Source of the DNA: Candidatus Magasanikiibacteriota bacterium
GTDB lineage: Bacteria > Patescibacteriota > Patescibacteriia > Magasanikbacterales > UBA922
Assembly (NCBI GenBank): GCA_041665025.1
Contig: JBAYJP010000002.1
Location: 691 to 64,690, forward strand
Reading direction: 5' to 3'
DNA: 64,000 nucleotides
Part shown: positions 50,429 to 60,300 of the stretch, one piece after another
Layout: every line of letters begins with the position of its first letter
Position numbering within the stretch: position 1 is the first letter of the stretch
The notes under the pieces: generated by a model
Seen by the model: the letters and a program-made list of their open reading frames with translations, nothing else
Databases searched by the model: none
What the model was told of the DNA's origin: nothing
Position numbers and translations under genes: made by a program

Positions 50429-50782
50429 ATGTTTACCAAACGGTATCACTATATATTTGACATAGACCATTGCCATGAAAAAAATATTAGAAATAGAAAA
50501 CTGATTCCTAAATTTTTACGTGAAACAGTGACTACCATAGGCATGAAAATACTTATGGGGCCATATATTAGGCAAGGCGTCCCTGAAAATCCGGGAATAA
50601 CCGGCATCGCAGTATTGGATTTTTCTCATATGTCGGTGCATACATTTACCAAAACAAACGAAGTTCTCATAGACGTATTCTCGTGCAAACCATATGAAAA
50701 AAAGATGGTACGAGATATTTGTATAAAATATTTCGGCACTCCAAAATCAAAGGTTCGCGAGAAAAAAGTGTGGTGGGGCTAA
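50429..50782 (+). CDS. Pyruvoyl-dependent decarboxylase proenzyme (SpeD/AdoMetDC fold)
   Basis: GITGIAVLDFSHMSVHTF...IDVFSCK, matching the G.SG....ESH.S.HT...DVF.C family pattern. Confidence 0.85.
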   Translation: MFTKRYHYIFDIDHCHEKNIRNRKLIPKFLRETVTTIGMKILMGPYIRQGVPENPGITGIAVLDFSHMSVHTFTKTNEVLIDVFSCKPYEKKMVRDICIKYFGTPKSKVREKKVWWG

Positions 50783-50812
50783 CACCTCATTTTTTTATTT
50801 TTTAAAAATTAT

Positions 50813-51742
50813 ATGAAAGCAAAAAACATTGTAGAGGTCACTGATTTTACGCAAAACGAATGGAAAAAATTGATTGACGAAGCTATAAAATTCAAAGAAA
50901 ATAAGTTACGAAAACCACGCGCGCTTGATAAAAAAAGAGTTGGTCTTTTATTTGACAGTAATTCTCTGCGTACTCGAATATCGTTTGAAACTGCGGTTTA
51001 TCTGCTTGGTGGAGACAGCTACTTCATTAATATTCACAATCTAACGCATGAACAAGACGGCACCAGACGGGAATCATTTGAAGATATCATTGATACTGCA
51101 GATCGGATGCTTGATGCCTATGTACTCCGCGACTATTCGCAAAAAATGCTAGAGGTGTTCAAACGAAAAAATAATCCCCCGTTTATCAATGGTTTTTGCC
51201 AAATCGGCCACCCGAGCCAAGCTCTCGCTGACATGAGCGCTATCAAATGGCATAAAAAAAATCTACAAGGACTCAACTACGTAGGAGTCGTTCCAAGCCA
51301 GGGCAGCGGAGTCATGGAATCTTTTGTATACGCCGTATTACTTTTAGGAGAACATATCACGCTTATTACAGAGACAGGAAAATTCAAAGGAAAAAATCAG
51401 GATTTTCATGAACAAGTAAAAAAACTGACAAATAAGTTCAAGGGATCCTTAACTATAACAAAAAATATTGAACATACTATACAAAATGCTGATGTACTCT
51501 ATGCAGATGAATGGTGGAAGAATACAAAAAACTATCTAAAACGAAATATAGGAAAATATAGGGTTGATGATGCATTTTTGAAAGGTAGCAAGAAAGACTT
51601 ATCCATATTGCATTGTCTGCCAGCGCATCCTGGACGTGAAATCACCGAAGAAGTCATGGACAGCCCTCAATCCATTATTTTTGATGAAGCCGAATTTAGA
51701 GTATATTCTGCCATGGCGTTGCTATCATATTTGGCTGAATAA
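50813..51742 (+). CDS. Divergent ornithine carbamoyltransferase-family protein
   Basis: FDSNSLRTRISFE, HPSQ, HCLPA, AEFR. Confidence 0.85.
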   Translation: MKAKNIVEVTDFTQNEWKKLIDEAIKFKENKLRKPRALDKKRVGLLFDSNSLRTRISFETAVYLLGGDSYFINIHNLTHEQDGTRRESFEDIIDTADRMLDAYVLRDYSQKMLEVFKRKNNPPFINGFCQIGHPSQALADMSAIKWHKKNLQGLNYVGVVPSQGSGVMESFVYAVLLLGEHITLITETGKFKGKNQDFHEQVKKLTNKFKGSLTITKNIEHTIQNADVLYADEWWKNTKNYLKRNIGKYRVDDAFLKGSKKDLSILHCLPAHPGREITEEVMDSPQSIIFDEAEFRVYSAMALLSYLAE

Positions 51743-51786
51743 ACCTACACAAAAATTACTAATCTTTAATCTTCAATCTTGAATCT

Positions 51787-52740
51787 ATGCGCCACCTCAT
51801 CTCTCTCAAAGAACAATCCCGCGAAGATTTGTTAACTATTTTAAATCTCGCACAAAAACTGAAAGCAAAACGAAGCGCAGGTGAAATTACCAATTACCTT
51901 CTGAACAAAACACTCATCATGTTATTCCAAAAATCTTCAACCCGCACTCGGTTGTCATTTGAGGCTGGGATGACAGAGCTTGGCGGCCATGGTATTTTTC
52001 TTGATTCACGTACATCCCAATTTTCTCTCACCGATTATACAGATGAGATAAAAGCTGTCATGCGGTATGGTTCTGTCCTTATGTTTCGTGCCATGAAAGT
52101 ACAGGATGTAATAACCGCAGCGTCACTCAATAAAATTCCAGTCATTGACGCATGTAGTGAAAAATATCATCCATGTCAGGCACTCGGGGATATCTTGACG
52201 ATGATCGAACACTCAAATGGTCTTGAAAATATCAAAAAAATAACCTGGCTTGGAATTGAAAATAACGTTTCAAATACACTTAAATTGGCTTGTGCCAAAT
52301 TGGGTATTGCCGTTGCGATTGCCGCACCAGAAGCAAATCCTCCTAGTATTGACGAGGAATTGAACACAATGGCTGACGCAACTGGGCTCGTAAAAAAGAC
52401 GTTGGATCTGTCAGAGGCTATGCAAGGAACAAACTATGTACATACCGACACCTGGATTGATATGGAATTTTTCAAAGACGGCAAAGTGCTCCCTGAATTC
52501 CAGGCAGAATATGATCGCCGCGTACAGACATTCAAACCATACCAACTTAACGCGAACCTGGTAAATACCTACGCGCCAAAAGCTGGCATTATGCACTGTA
52601 TGCCGTGCCATATTGGCTATGAAATCACCCGCGACGCCGTAGATCATCCAAATTCAATAATCTTTGACCAAGCGGAAAATAGAATGCACATACAGAAGGC
52701 GATAATACTCTGGTTGTTGGAAATGGAAAATAAATTATAA
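51787..52740 (+). CDS. argF: Ornithine carbamoyltransferase-family protein
   Basis: [27 protein letters not shown]. The substrate loop is DTWIDME rather than DxWxSMG. Confidence 0.8.
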   Translation: MRHLISLKEQSREDLLTILNLAQKLKAKRSAGEITNYLLNKTLIMLFQKSSTRTRLSFEAGMTELGGHGIFLDSRTSQFSLTDYTDEIKAVMRYGSVLMFRAMKVQDVITAASLNKIPVIDACSEKYHPCQALGDILTMIEHSNGLENIKKITWLGIENNVSNTLKLACAKLGIAVAIAAPEANPPSIDEELNTMADATGLVKKTLDLSEAMQGTNYVHTDTWIDMEFFKDGKVLPEFQAEYDRRVQTFKPYQLNANLVNTYAPKAGIMHCMPCHIGYEITRDAVDHPNSIIFDQAENRMHIQKAIILWLLEMENKL

Positions 52741-52830
52741 GAAACAAGAAACAAATAAAATTCCAAACTCCAAAACATAAATTGATTATTATAATTTGGA
52801 TCTTTATTTGGAAATTGTATCTTGTGTCTT
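52738..52830. repeat. Tandem-repeat hairpin element, AAGAAAC/GTATCTT family
   Basis: AAGAAACAAGAAACAAATAAAATTCCAAA ... TTTGGAAATTGTATCTTGTGTCTT. Confidence 0.65.
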
Positions 52831-52852
52831 AATTCTGTGTTGATTAAATACT

Positions 52853-54172
52853 ATGCCTCTCTACGGACCAGAAACACAAAAAGCTATAACAAACTTTCCT
52901 ATTACCGGAATTACTTTTTCACGCGATATAGCTCACGATATTGCGCTTATAAAAAAATGTTGTGCAAGAGCCCACAAAAAACTCGGCACTCTCGAAGCAA
53001 ATATCGCCGATGCAATTATACAGGCATCACAAGAATTAATTGACGGGACGTATGACGACCAAATCATGGTAGACCAAATTCAGGGTGGTGCAGGCACCTC
53101 CATGAACATGAACGTAAATGAGATTATTGCGACGCGTGCTTCGGCTTTGTGTGGAGTACCAGTGCATTCGCTCGACCATGTAAATAAATCCCAATCAACT
53201 AACGACGTTGTCCCCACTGCATTCAAAATTACGCTTCTCAAACAACTAGACAAGCTTACTACGGTGTACCAACATTATTATGAAAAGGCAAAACACAAAA
53301 GCAAAGAATTTGAACATATTCTCAAAGTCGGACGAACACATCTGCAAGACGCAGTGCCCATAACTTTGGGCCAAGAATTTGGCGCACATGCTATAGCTAT
53401 TGCCCATGATATCGGACGGCTTAAGCATACACAACATGCACTGTATGAAATCAATGTCGGCGGCACGGCTATCGGCACAGGATTAAATGCTTCGAGACGA
53501 TTCACTGATTGTGTTGTCGATTTTCTACAAAAGGAAACTGACTATCCACTCACCTTGTCACCTGACCTTATATACAACACTCAATATTGGGATAGTATTA
53601 TGGAAGTAAGTGCGACGCTAACCGTACTTGCGACAAACATCATTAAATTCATGAACGACCTAAGATTGCTTGCCTCAGGACCACATGCGGGCATCGCAGA
53701 AATTTCATTTGCCGAAGCACAAAAAGGCTCATCCATCATGCCCGGTAAAGTAAACCCAGTCATGGCAGAAATGATGACACAGATTGCATTCCAAGTTCTA
53801 GGCAATCACGAGACAGTTCGCATGGCTGTACAAGCAGGACAATTGGAACTCAATGTGATGGGACCAATTATTATAAAAAATTTACTTGAGTCATTACATA
53901 TTATCACCACCGGCACGGTACAATTCACCACACAGGGCCTTTCACTCATTACAGCAAATGAAAGACGATGTGCTGAACTTCTTGAACATAGTTTTGCGCT
54001 TGCAACAGTGCTCTGTCCTATTATTGGATATGATAAAACAACTGAACTGGTAAATGAAGCTCAAAGACAACATAAAACTCTCAAACAAATAGCGCAAGAA
54101 AAAGGAATTATAAATGATGAAGAATATAATAATTTGCTTAATGATCCAAACTTAACCCAGATCAGACCTTAG
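52853..54172 (+). CDS. aspA: Aspartate ammonia-lyase (fumarase/aspartase family)
   Basis: QGGAGTSMNMN, SQSTND, GRTHLQDAVP, GSSIMPGKVNPV. Confidence 0.9.
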   Translation: MPLYGPETQKAITNFPITGITFSRDIAHDIALIKKCCARAHKKLGTLEANIADAIIQASQELIDGTYDDQIMVDQIQGGAGTSMNMNVNEIIATRASALCGVPVHSLDHVNKSQSTNDVVPTAFKITLLKQLDKLTTVYQHYYEKAKHKSKEFEHILKVGRTHLQDAVPITLGQEFGAHAIAIAHDIGRLKHTQHALYEINVGGTAIGTGLNASRRFTDCVVDFLQKETDYPLTLSPDLIYNTQYWDSIMEVSATLTVLATNIIKFMNDLRLLASGPHAGIAEISFAEAQKGSSIMPGKVNPVMAEMMTQIAFQVLGNHETVRMAVQAGQLELNVMGPIIIKNLLESLHIITTGTVQFTTQGLSLITANERRCAELLEHSFALATVLCPIIGYDKTTELVNEAQRQHKTLKQIAQEKGIINDEEYNNLLNDPNLTQIRP

Positions 54173-54174
54173 GT

Positions 54175-55083
54175 ATGTTGAAAACAAATTTCCTTAATAC
54201 AGTATTTGATAATCCCCTTGTCCTCGCCTCGGGTATTCGTGGCGTCACAGCCGCGAGCATGGCGCGCATGGTAAAAGAAAATGGCGCGGGTGGAGTGACG
54301 GTAAAATCTATTTCACTTGAGCCAAGAACTGGACACCCAAACCCAACCATGGCTCCATTTAAACATTATTTTATCAATGCAGTAGGGTTATCCAATCCAG
54401 GTATTGCGGAAGGTTTGAAAGAATTAAAAAAGTTTAAAGAATTATGTGATGCCCCACTCATTGGTAGTATTTTTGCAGGCACGCCCGATGAATTTGCACA
54501 GGTTGCCGAAAAAATAAGCGAAGCGCCAATAGATTTTCTTGAGATAGACATCTCATGCCCCAATGTAAGTAAAGAATTTGGTGACCCATTTGCCTATTCT
54601 ATTCCGGCCGTTGAACTCATCACCAAAAAAGTAAAAGAAAAGACGAAAGTTCCTATTTCAATCAAACTATCACCTAATGCATGGAATATTGACACAATAG
54701 CAAAAGCAGCAGAAAACGCTGGGGCCGATGCAATTACAGCCGTAAACACCGTAAGTGGCATGGCAATAGATGTACACGCAAAACGGCCCATACTTCATAA
54801 CAAGCAGGGTGGGGTTTCCGGCCCAGCACTCTTTCCTATTGCACTCAAATGCGTGTATGACATTTACAAAGCAGTAAAAATCCCGATTATTGGTACAGGC
54901 GGTGTGACAACAGGTGAAGATGCACTCGCGATGATTATGGCAGGTGCGACTTTGGTAGGTGTTGGGTCAGCAGTATATTTTAGAGGCGAAGATTGTTTTA
55001 AAAAGATTACCAGTGAGATGGAAGAGATAATGCGAGAAGAAAACATAAATTCTTTAGAGGAAATTAGAGGATGTGTACATTAG
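54175..55083 (+). CDS. pyrD: Dihydroorotate dehydrogenase family 1B catalytic subunit
   Basis: NPLVLASG, NAVGLSNPG, ISCPNV, KLSPN, GGVSG. Confidence 0.96.
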   Translation: MLKTNFLNTVFDNPLVLASGIRGVTAASMARMVKENGAGGVTVKSISLEPRTGHPNPTMAPFKHYFINAVGLSNPGIAEGLKELKKFKELCDAPLIGSIFAGTPDEFAQVAEKISEAPIDFLEIDISCPNVSKEFGDPFAYSIPAVELITKKVKEKTKVPISIKLSPNAWNIDTIAKAAENAGADAITAVNTVSGMAIDVHAKRPILHNKQGGVSGPALFPIALKCVYDIYKAVKIPIIGTGGVTTGEDALAMIMAGATLVGVGSAVYFRGEDCFKKITSEMEEIMREENINSLEEIRGCVH

Positions 55084-55089
55084 TAAATA

Positions 55090-55164
55090 GAACACTAATT
55101 TAACGAATGAAACGAATAAAAACAAATTTGTTGAAATTCGTTGAATTAGTTCAATTCGTGTTCC
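55090..55164. repeat. Tandem-repeat hairpin element, ACGAAT 9-mer family
   Basis: GAACACTAATTTAACGAATGAAACGAAT / ATTTGTTGAAATTCGTTGAATTAGTTCAATTCGTGTTC. Confidence 0.88.
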
Positions 55165-55173
55165 ATTAAACTT

Positions 55174-55980
55174 ATGGACAAATCACAATACATTCAAATT
55201 ACAAAAATAGTAAATGAAAATCCCCAAGTAAAGACATTTTACTTTAATTTTAAATTGCAAAGCAAACCCGGCCAATTTGTCATGCTCTGGATTCCGGGCA
55301 TTGACCAAAAACCATTCTCAATTGCATATGACGATGGCGCACAATTTGGCCTCACTATTTTCAACCGCGGACCATTGACACAAAAACTATTTGAAATGAA
55401 TGTCGGAGATAGAGTAGGTATTGTGGGTCCTTATGGCACTTCATTTTCTCAAAAACCAAACATTCACTACATTATGGTTGCCGGTGGATATGGTGCTGCG
55501 CCGTTAGGATTTCTAGCGGAACAGTTACAACAATACGATAATATAACAGTTGATTTCCTCATTGGTGCGCGTACTAAAGATTTACTTTTATTTGAAGGAC
55601 GAATATTAAAAATTCCAAATACAAAATTACACATTGCAACTGACGATGGCAGTATAGGACACCACGGTTATATTACGGACTTACTCAAAAATATTATCTG
55701 TGAAATCAGTGACAAAAAATCTGCGGCAGTTGTCACCTGCGGCCCTGAACTCATGGAAAAGAAAGTCCTCGACATTTGCAATGAGTTTGATGTACCATGC
55801 GAGGTGAGCATTGAGCGATATATGAAGTGCGGTTATGGTGTCTGTGGCCAATGTGTCGTAGATGACTTGGGAATTTGCATGTGTACACATGGACCAGTGG
55901 TAAATAGTGAACTAGCAAACAAACTAATTGAATTTGGGAAATATCATCGGGAGAAGAGTGGTATTGCCACGAATTTTTAA
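55174..55980 (+). CDS. pyrK: Dihydroorotate dehydrogenase electron transfer subunit
   Basis: PGQFVMLW, GPYG, GGYGAAPL, CGPELM, MKCGYGVCGQC..C. Confidence 0.95.
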   Translation: MDKSQYIQITKIVNENPQVKTFYFNFKLQSKPGQFVMLWIPGIDQKPFSIAYDDGAQFGLTIFNRGPLTQKLFEMNVGDRVGIVGPYGTSFSQKPNIHYIMVAGGYGAAPLGFLAEQLQQYDNITVDFLIGARTKDLLLFEGRILKIPNTKLHIATDDGSIGHHGYITDLLKNIICEISDKKSAAVVTCGPELMEKKVLDICNEFDVPCEVSIERYMKCGYGVCGQCVVDDLGICMCTHGPVVNSELANKLIEFGKYHREKSGIATNF

Positions 55981-56025
55981 ATAAGCACGTTTATAAGTTT
56001 AAACATAGTTACTAAAGGCCAACAT

Positions 56026-56922
56026 ATGAGAAGAATGATTGAGCTTAATAGGGAGGGAATTGCGACACGCAACGGGGGCGCAGAATCATTTCAACATACT
56101 GAAATAGACCCTAAAACAGGAAAAAGATTTTTAATTAAAAATCTTTGCGTAGATGAGCATGGTTTTGCAAACCAACGCGAAGAAAACGCCGACACAAGAC
56201 TCCTAACTTCTACAGAAGGCTTCAATTATGGAATAAAAGAAGAATTGGAACGCCATTATACTAAATTGGTCGCCTGTTATGGAGAGTATATTGTTAAACA
56301 AAGGATAAAGAGAAAAATCAGCCGCAAAGATAGATTTGAAATTGAGCAAGAATTTTTAAAACTTGCCAAACCAGCTGATATTTTTGAATATGATACCGGC
56401 ATGTTAAGTGAGAAGACACTTGGACAGTTGGAAGATTTACTAAAAAAATTAAAGGGAGTGTATGCCTATTTTCAGGGCTTGATGACAAGTTTTCAAGTAC
56501 CCATAATGGACCCTAAAATAAATGGATATAGCAGGTCTATGCTAGTCCCTTTAGATTTACGAGGTAGCGGAAATTTGTGTGTAACGAAAAATGGAGATAT
56601 ACGATACATAGACACCGGTCTCAAAATTTCTTCTTTTGATGAGCCTTTTTTCAAATATAACCAACATGAGTTTTTCCGTCAGGTAGCCGCACGTATAGCA
56701 GCCCTTGAGTGTGTCCTTGGTCGAAAACCGCCTGAATTTTTAGATGAACCTGTCTACAGAAAGCTAGCAACGTATTGCAGAGAAGATGGTATCAGTGAAC
56801 TTTGGACAAAATTGCAAACACAGTCGTCTGAGGAGTGCAAAAGATTACTTATGGATTTGGAAAAACATACCAAAAAAAAGGAAACATCCTTTAAACACTT
56901 TGAAGAGATGTGGCTTAATTAA
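56026..56922 (+). CDS. Hypothetical protein with a possible kinase-like fold
   Basis: 298-aa ORF. DLRGSGNL...IRYIDTG resembles a catalytic loop D..N plus a DFG-like motif. Confidence 0.6.
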   Translation: MRRMIELNREGIATRNGGAESFQHTEIDPKTGKRFLIKNLCVDEHGFANQREENADTRLLTSTEGFNYGIKEELERHYTKLVACYGEYIVKQRIKRKISRKDRFEIEQEFLKLAKPADIFEYDTGMLSEKTLGQLEDLLKKLKGVYAYFQGLMTSFQVPIMDPKINGYSRSMLVPLDLRGSGNLCVTKNGDIRYIDTGLKISSFDEPFFKYNQHEFFRQVAARIAALECVLGRKPPEFLDEPVYRKLATYCREDGISELWTKLQTQSSEECKRLLMDLEKHTKKKETSFKHFEEMWLN

Positions 56923-56953
56923 TACTTAAATTAATCCCTTTAAATCAACCAAT

Positions 56954-57559
56954 ATGAGCCACACAACCCTCATCTCAAAACTTTTCGAAATAAACGCTAT
57001 CAAATTTGGCGAATTTAAACTCAAAACTGGTTCTCTATCCCCCATTTACATTGATCTCCGTGTTACTATTTCATATCCAGACGTCCTCAAAATGGTGGCT
57101 GAAGCTATGTGGGATAAAGTAAAAAACCTAGAGTTTGATATAATTTGTGGAGTACCTTATACTGCCTTGCCTATTGCTACAGCCATATCGCTAGAACACA
57201 ATAAACCCATGATCATGCGCAGAAAAGAAGTAAAAGACTATGGCACGCGTAAAGCGATAGAAGGTGCATTTCAGCCCGGGCAACACGTGCTCGTGGTAGA
57301 AGACTTAGTTACCAGCGGGTCAAGTGTATTTGAAACAATTGAACCATTAGAATTAGAACAATTAAAAGTTAAGGACATTGTAGTTCTTTTAGATCGTGAA
57401 CAGGGTGGAAAAGAAAATATTAATTCACGCGGTTGCAATCTACATTCAGTTCTAACCATGTCTGTTTTACTTGATACCTTACGAAACGAAAAGAAGATTG
57501 ATCAAGCTATGTTTGATAAGGTGCAAGAATATATAAAAAGTACACAAGTTAAAAAATAA
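56954..57559 (+). CDS. pyrE: Orotate phosphoribosyltransferase
   Basis: FGEFKLKTG..SPIYIDLR, RKEVKDYGT, VVEDLVTSG. Confidence 0.97.
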   Translation: MSHTTLISKLFEINAIKFGEFKLKTGSLSPIYIDLRVTISYPDVLKMVAEAMWDKVKNLEFDIICGVPYTALPIATAISLEHNKPMIMRRKEVKDYGTRKAIEGAFQPGQHVLVVEDLVTSGSSVFETIEPLELEQLKVKDIVVLLDREQGGKENINSRGCNLHSVLTMSVLLDTLRNEKKIDQAMFDKVQEYIKSTQVKK

Positions 57560-57601
57560 TATCCAATATTAAAATATCCCAATATCCTAATATCTAAATA
57601 T
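57558..57601. repeat. AATATC 8-mer tandem tract (half element)
   Basis: AATATCC-AATATTAA-AATATCCC-AATATCCT-AATATCTA-AATAT directly before the pyrF start. Confidence 0.75.
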
Positions 57602-57604
57602 TTT

Positions 57605-58372
57605 ATGTCATCCTATTCAGAACGTGCCAAACAATGTTCAAATCCTACAGCTATTCGTCTGTTAAATCTCATGGACTCAAAACAATCTAACCTCGCCATT
57701 GCCACTGATGTTATTACCAAAGCAGAACTTTTAAAAATAGCAGATGAACTCGGTCCAGAAATTTGCATTTTGAAGACTCACATAGATATTGTAGAAGATT
57801 TTGATGATAATTTGATTATTCAATTGCAACGACTTTCAGAACAGCACAACTTTTTATTGTTTGAAGATAGAAAATTTGCAGACATTGGCAACACGGTCAT
57901 GCACCAATATCAAGATGGCATATACCATATCGCTGACTGGGCGCACATAACCAATGCCCATACTGTCCCAGGTCCAGGCATTATTGACGGCCTTAAAGAA
58001 GTAGGTCTCCGAAAAGGACGGGGGCTTTTACTTCTGGCTGAAATGAGTTCAAAAGGAACTCTCGCACAAGGTGAATATACACAAAAAACACTGGAAATGG
58101 CACAGGCAAACAAAGACTTTGTAATCGGCTTTATCACGATGAAAAAATTACTCGATGACCCATGTTTTATCAATATGACGCCAGGAGTTAAACTAGCGAC
58201 AGGCAGTGATTCACTTGGGCAACAATACAATACCCCTGAAAAAGTTATTGGAGAAAATGGAAGTGATATTATCATTGTCGGACGGGGCATTTACGAAGCA
58301 TCTGACCCTGTTGCAGAAGCACGAAAATATAGAGAGGCAGGGTGGAAGGCGTATGAATCACGTAACACGTAA
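57605..58372 (+). CDS. pyrF: Orotidine 5'-phosphate decarboxylase
   Basis: [34 protein letters not shown]. Confidence 0.97.
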   Translation: MSSYSERAKQCSNPTAIRLLNLMDSKQSNLAIATDVITKAELLKIADELGPEICILKTHIDIVEDFDDNLIIQLQRLSEQHNFLLFEDRKFADIGNTVMHQYQDGIYHIADWAHITNAHTVPGPGIIDGLKEVGLRKGRGLLLLAEMSSKGTLAQGEYTQKTLEMAQANKDFVIGFITMKKLLDDPCFINMTPGVKLATGSDSLGQQYNTPEKVIGENGSDIIIVGRGIYEASDPVAEARKYREAGWKAYESRNT

Positions 58373-58453
58373 CACATAACAAAAATAAACTCCTATCCGG
58401 GAGTTTATTTGATACGTGATACGTGATACGTGATACGTGATACGTGTTATGTG
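58358..58453. repeat. CACGTAA-family hairpin element enclosing a bidirectional terminator
   Basis: CACGTAA-CACGTAA-CACATAA, then AAATAAACTCC-TATCCG-GGAGTTTATTT, then (ATACGTG)x4-TTATGTG. Confidence 0.9.
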
Positions 58454-59143
58454 CTAACTGAGTTTATCAACTATCTTCTTCATATCTTTTGAGTCAGCTG
58501 TGCTAATTGTTCCTTTTTTTCGCGCTTGTTCAACCTCTATTTTCATACGCTTACGGTCACCATACAAATATCCTGTACCAGTACGGCGTGCTCCAGCATG
58601 CTTTTGGACAATATCTCCCAAAACTTTTCTATCTGCCTTTGAAATATTTTTAAATGACGCGGGATTTTTACGAACCATCTTCCCAAACGTTTTATCAAAA
58701 CCTCCCCTAATCTTTCTACTAAATGAAACGCCGGTACCCATATTGAGCGTATATTTTTTATCATCTGGAGAAATAGTTTTTGCAGCCGCGGCCTGTTGAG
58801 TCTGTCTTTCTTTCGCCATTTTGCGTATATACTGATAACGCAATCTATCACGAACTTCCTGATCTGAACCAAGATCCTCGCTCTGCGAAGTGGAAACCCC
58901 CGGATGTGATATAGACGTTGTTGGCCCAGTATTTTGTGACCCTACTCGAGTAATTGAAGAGGTGGCGGGGGTACTAGCCGCCTGCCCCACATGTGTTATA
59001 GATGTCTTTGCTTGTTCACGATCAATTTTCTGTTGCAATTTCATCGTAGACAAATCTTGGGCATGCAAAGAAACCGACGGCTTTAGAGACGAACCAGAGC
59101 TTGAAGATGGAATGGAAGACAGTGGAAGAGGATTGATAGACAT
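58454..59143 (-). CDS. Hypothetical protein (Ser/Thr-rich N-terminus, basic C-terminus)
   Basis: Long ORF in the same orientation as miaA/miaB. Confidence 0.7.
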   Translation of the reverse strand: MSINPLPLSSIPSSSSGSSLKPSVSLHAQDLSTMKLQQKIDREQAKTSITHVGQAASTPATSSITRVGSQNTGPTTSISHPGVSTSQSEDLGSDQEVRDRLRYQYIRKMAKERQTQQAAAAKTISPDDKKYTLNMGTGVSFSRKIRGGFDKTFGKMVRKNPASFKNISKADRKVLGDIVQKHAGARRTGTGYLYGDRKRMKIEVEQARKKGTISTADSKDMKKIVDKLS

Positions 59144-59172
59144 AAAATAAATAATTACAGCCACCTTATCTA

Positions 59173-59282
59173 CAACTCAAAAGTCAAATCTCAAAGCTCA
59201 AACTTAAAACTGAAAATGGTAAATTAGAAAGTTTTGATTTTTAAAATATAGATTTGAATCTTGACTTTTAAGTTTTGAGTTG
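59173..59282. repeat. Tandem-repeat hairpin element, TCAAAA/TTTTGA family
   Basis: CAACTCAAAAGTCAAATCTCAAAGCTCAAAC ... TTTGAATCTTGACTTTTAAGTTTTGAGTTG. Confidence 0.75.
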
Positions 59283-59309
59283 AATATTCATGAATTAGAT
59301 AGCTACACA

Positions 59310-60251
59310 TTAGGTACCCAAGAATTCTTCGACCAACTTCTGTGCTTCATCATATGTAGCACACCACTTAATTCTCTGATCCCGACGAAACCACGTGAGC
59401 TGACGTTTGGCATAGTGTCTGGTGTCTCTTTTTAAATTTTCTATGGCCTCATCAAGTTCTCCATTATTTTCTAAATGTTCTTTAAACTGTCGGTACCCTA
59501 TACCACTCATGCTCGGCAAATGCCATGTATATTTTTGCCGCAAAAGATTACGCACCTCTTCTACCAACCCTTCTTTAATCATAATATCGACTCGCCTTTC
59601 AATTCTCTCATACAACACATCTCGAGGGACATCAATGCCTATTTGCAAAATATCAAAAAGAGGTTCACCTTTTTTTTGTTGTCCTGAAAAAGGTTCTCCG
59701 CTCAAAATACAAACTTCAAGCGCGCGCACAATGCGCCTCTTGTTGTTTGGGTCAACTGTTTCCGCGGTTTTAGGATCCAAATTTTTAAGCCATGCTAATA
59801 ACTCCTCAAGACTTTTTTCTTCAAAACTATCACGCAATTTTTTATTTGGCGGTACACGCGGAATTTCTAAATTATCTACCAGCGAATGTATGTATAAACC
59901 CGTACCACCCACCACAAAAGGTATGCGTTGCGCCTTATGTGATGCCTTAACGTGTTTAACAGCTTCATCTCTAAATTCAGCAACTGTAAAAGATTTTCCT
60001 GGATCTAAAAAGTCTACTAAATAATGAGGAATATCTTCAACATAGTATACTTTTCGTAGACCACTTCTGCGCCATTCTCCAGGGACTTTTGCAGTCCCAA
60101 TAGTCATTTTTTGATAAATCTGCCGTGAATCAGCAGAAATAATTTCTCCGTTATGCTTTTTTGCCAATCGTAAACCCCAATCGGTCTTGCCACAGGTCGT
60201 AGCCCCGAGCAACACCACTAATTTAGGGAATTGTTCAGTCTGGATACCCAT
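59310..60251 (-). CDS. miaA: tRNA dimethylallyltransferase
   Basis: GATTCGKT, SADSRQIY..M.IGTAK, VGGTGLY, YAKRQLTWFR. Confidence 0.97.
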   Translation of the reverse strand: MGIQTEQFPKLVVLLGATTCGKTDWGLRLAKKHNGEIISADSRQIYQKMTIGTAKVPGEWRRSGLRKVYYVEDIPHYLVDFLDPGKSFTVAEFRDEAVKHVKASHKAQRIPFVVGGTGLYIHSLVDNLEIPRVPPNKKLRDSFEEKSLEELLAWLKNLDPKTAETVDPNNKRRIVRALEVCILSGEPFSGQQKKGEPLFDILQIGIDVPRDVLYERIERRVDIMIKEGLVEEVRNLLRQKYTWHLPSMSGIGYRQFKEHLENNGELDEAIENLKRDTRHYAKRQLTWFRRDQRIKWCATYDEAQKLVEEFLGT

Positions 60252-60300
60252 AAAACTTAGATAACTTAGCAAACTTAATTACTTAGTCAACTTACCATTA

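Noticed and set aside
47559-58372. Claim that the genome lacks carAB
   Set aside because: Only absence from this window can be seen, so it is kept as a hypothesis in the findings.
59422-60024. 200-aa antisense ORF, and many other 60-180-aa antisense ORFs
   Set aside because: They lie opposite well-supported genes (here miaA) and have no recognisable motifs.
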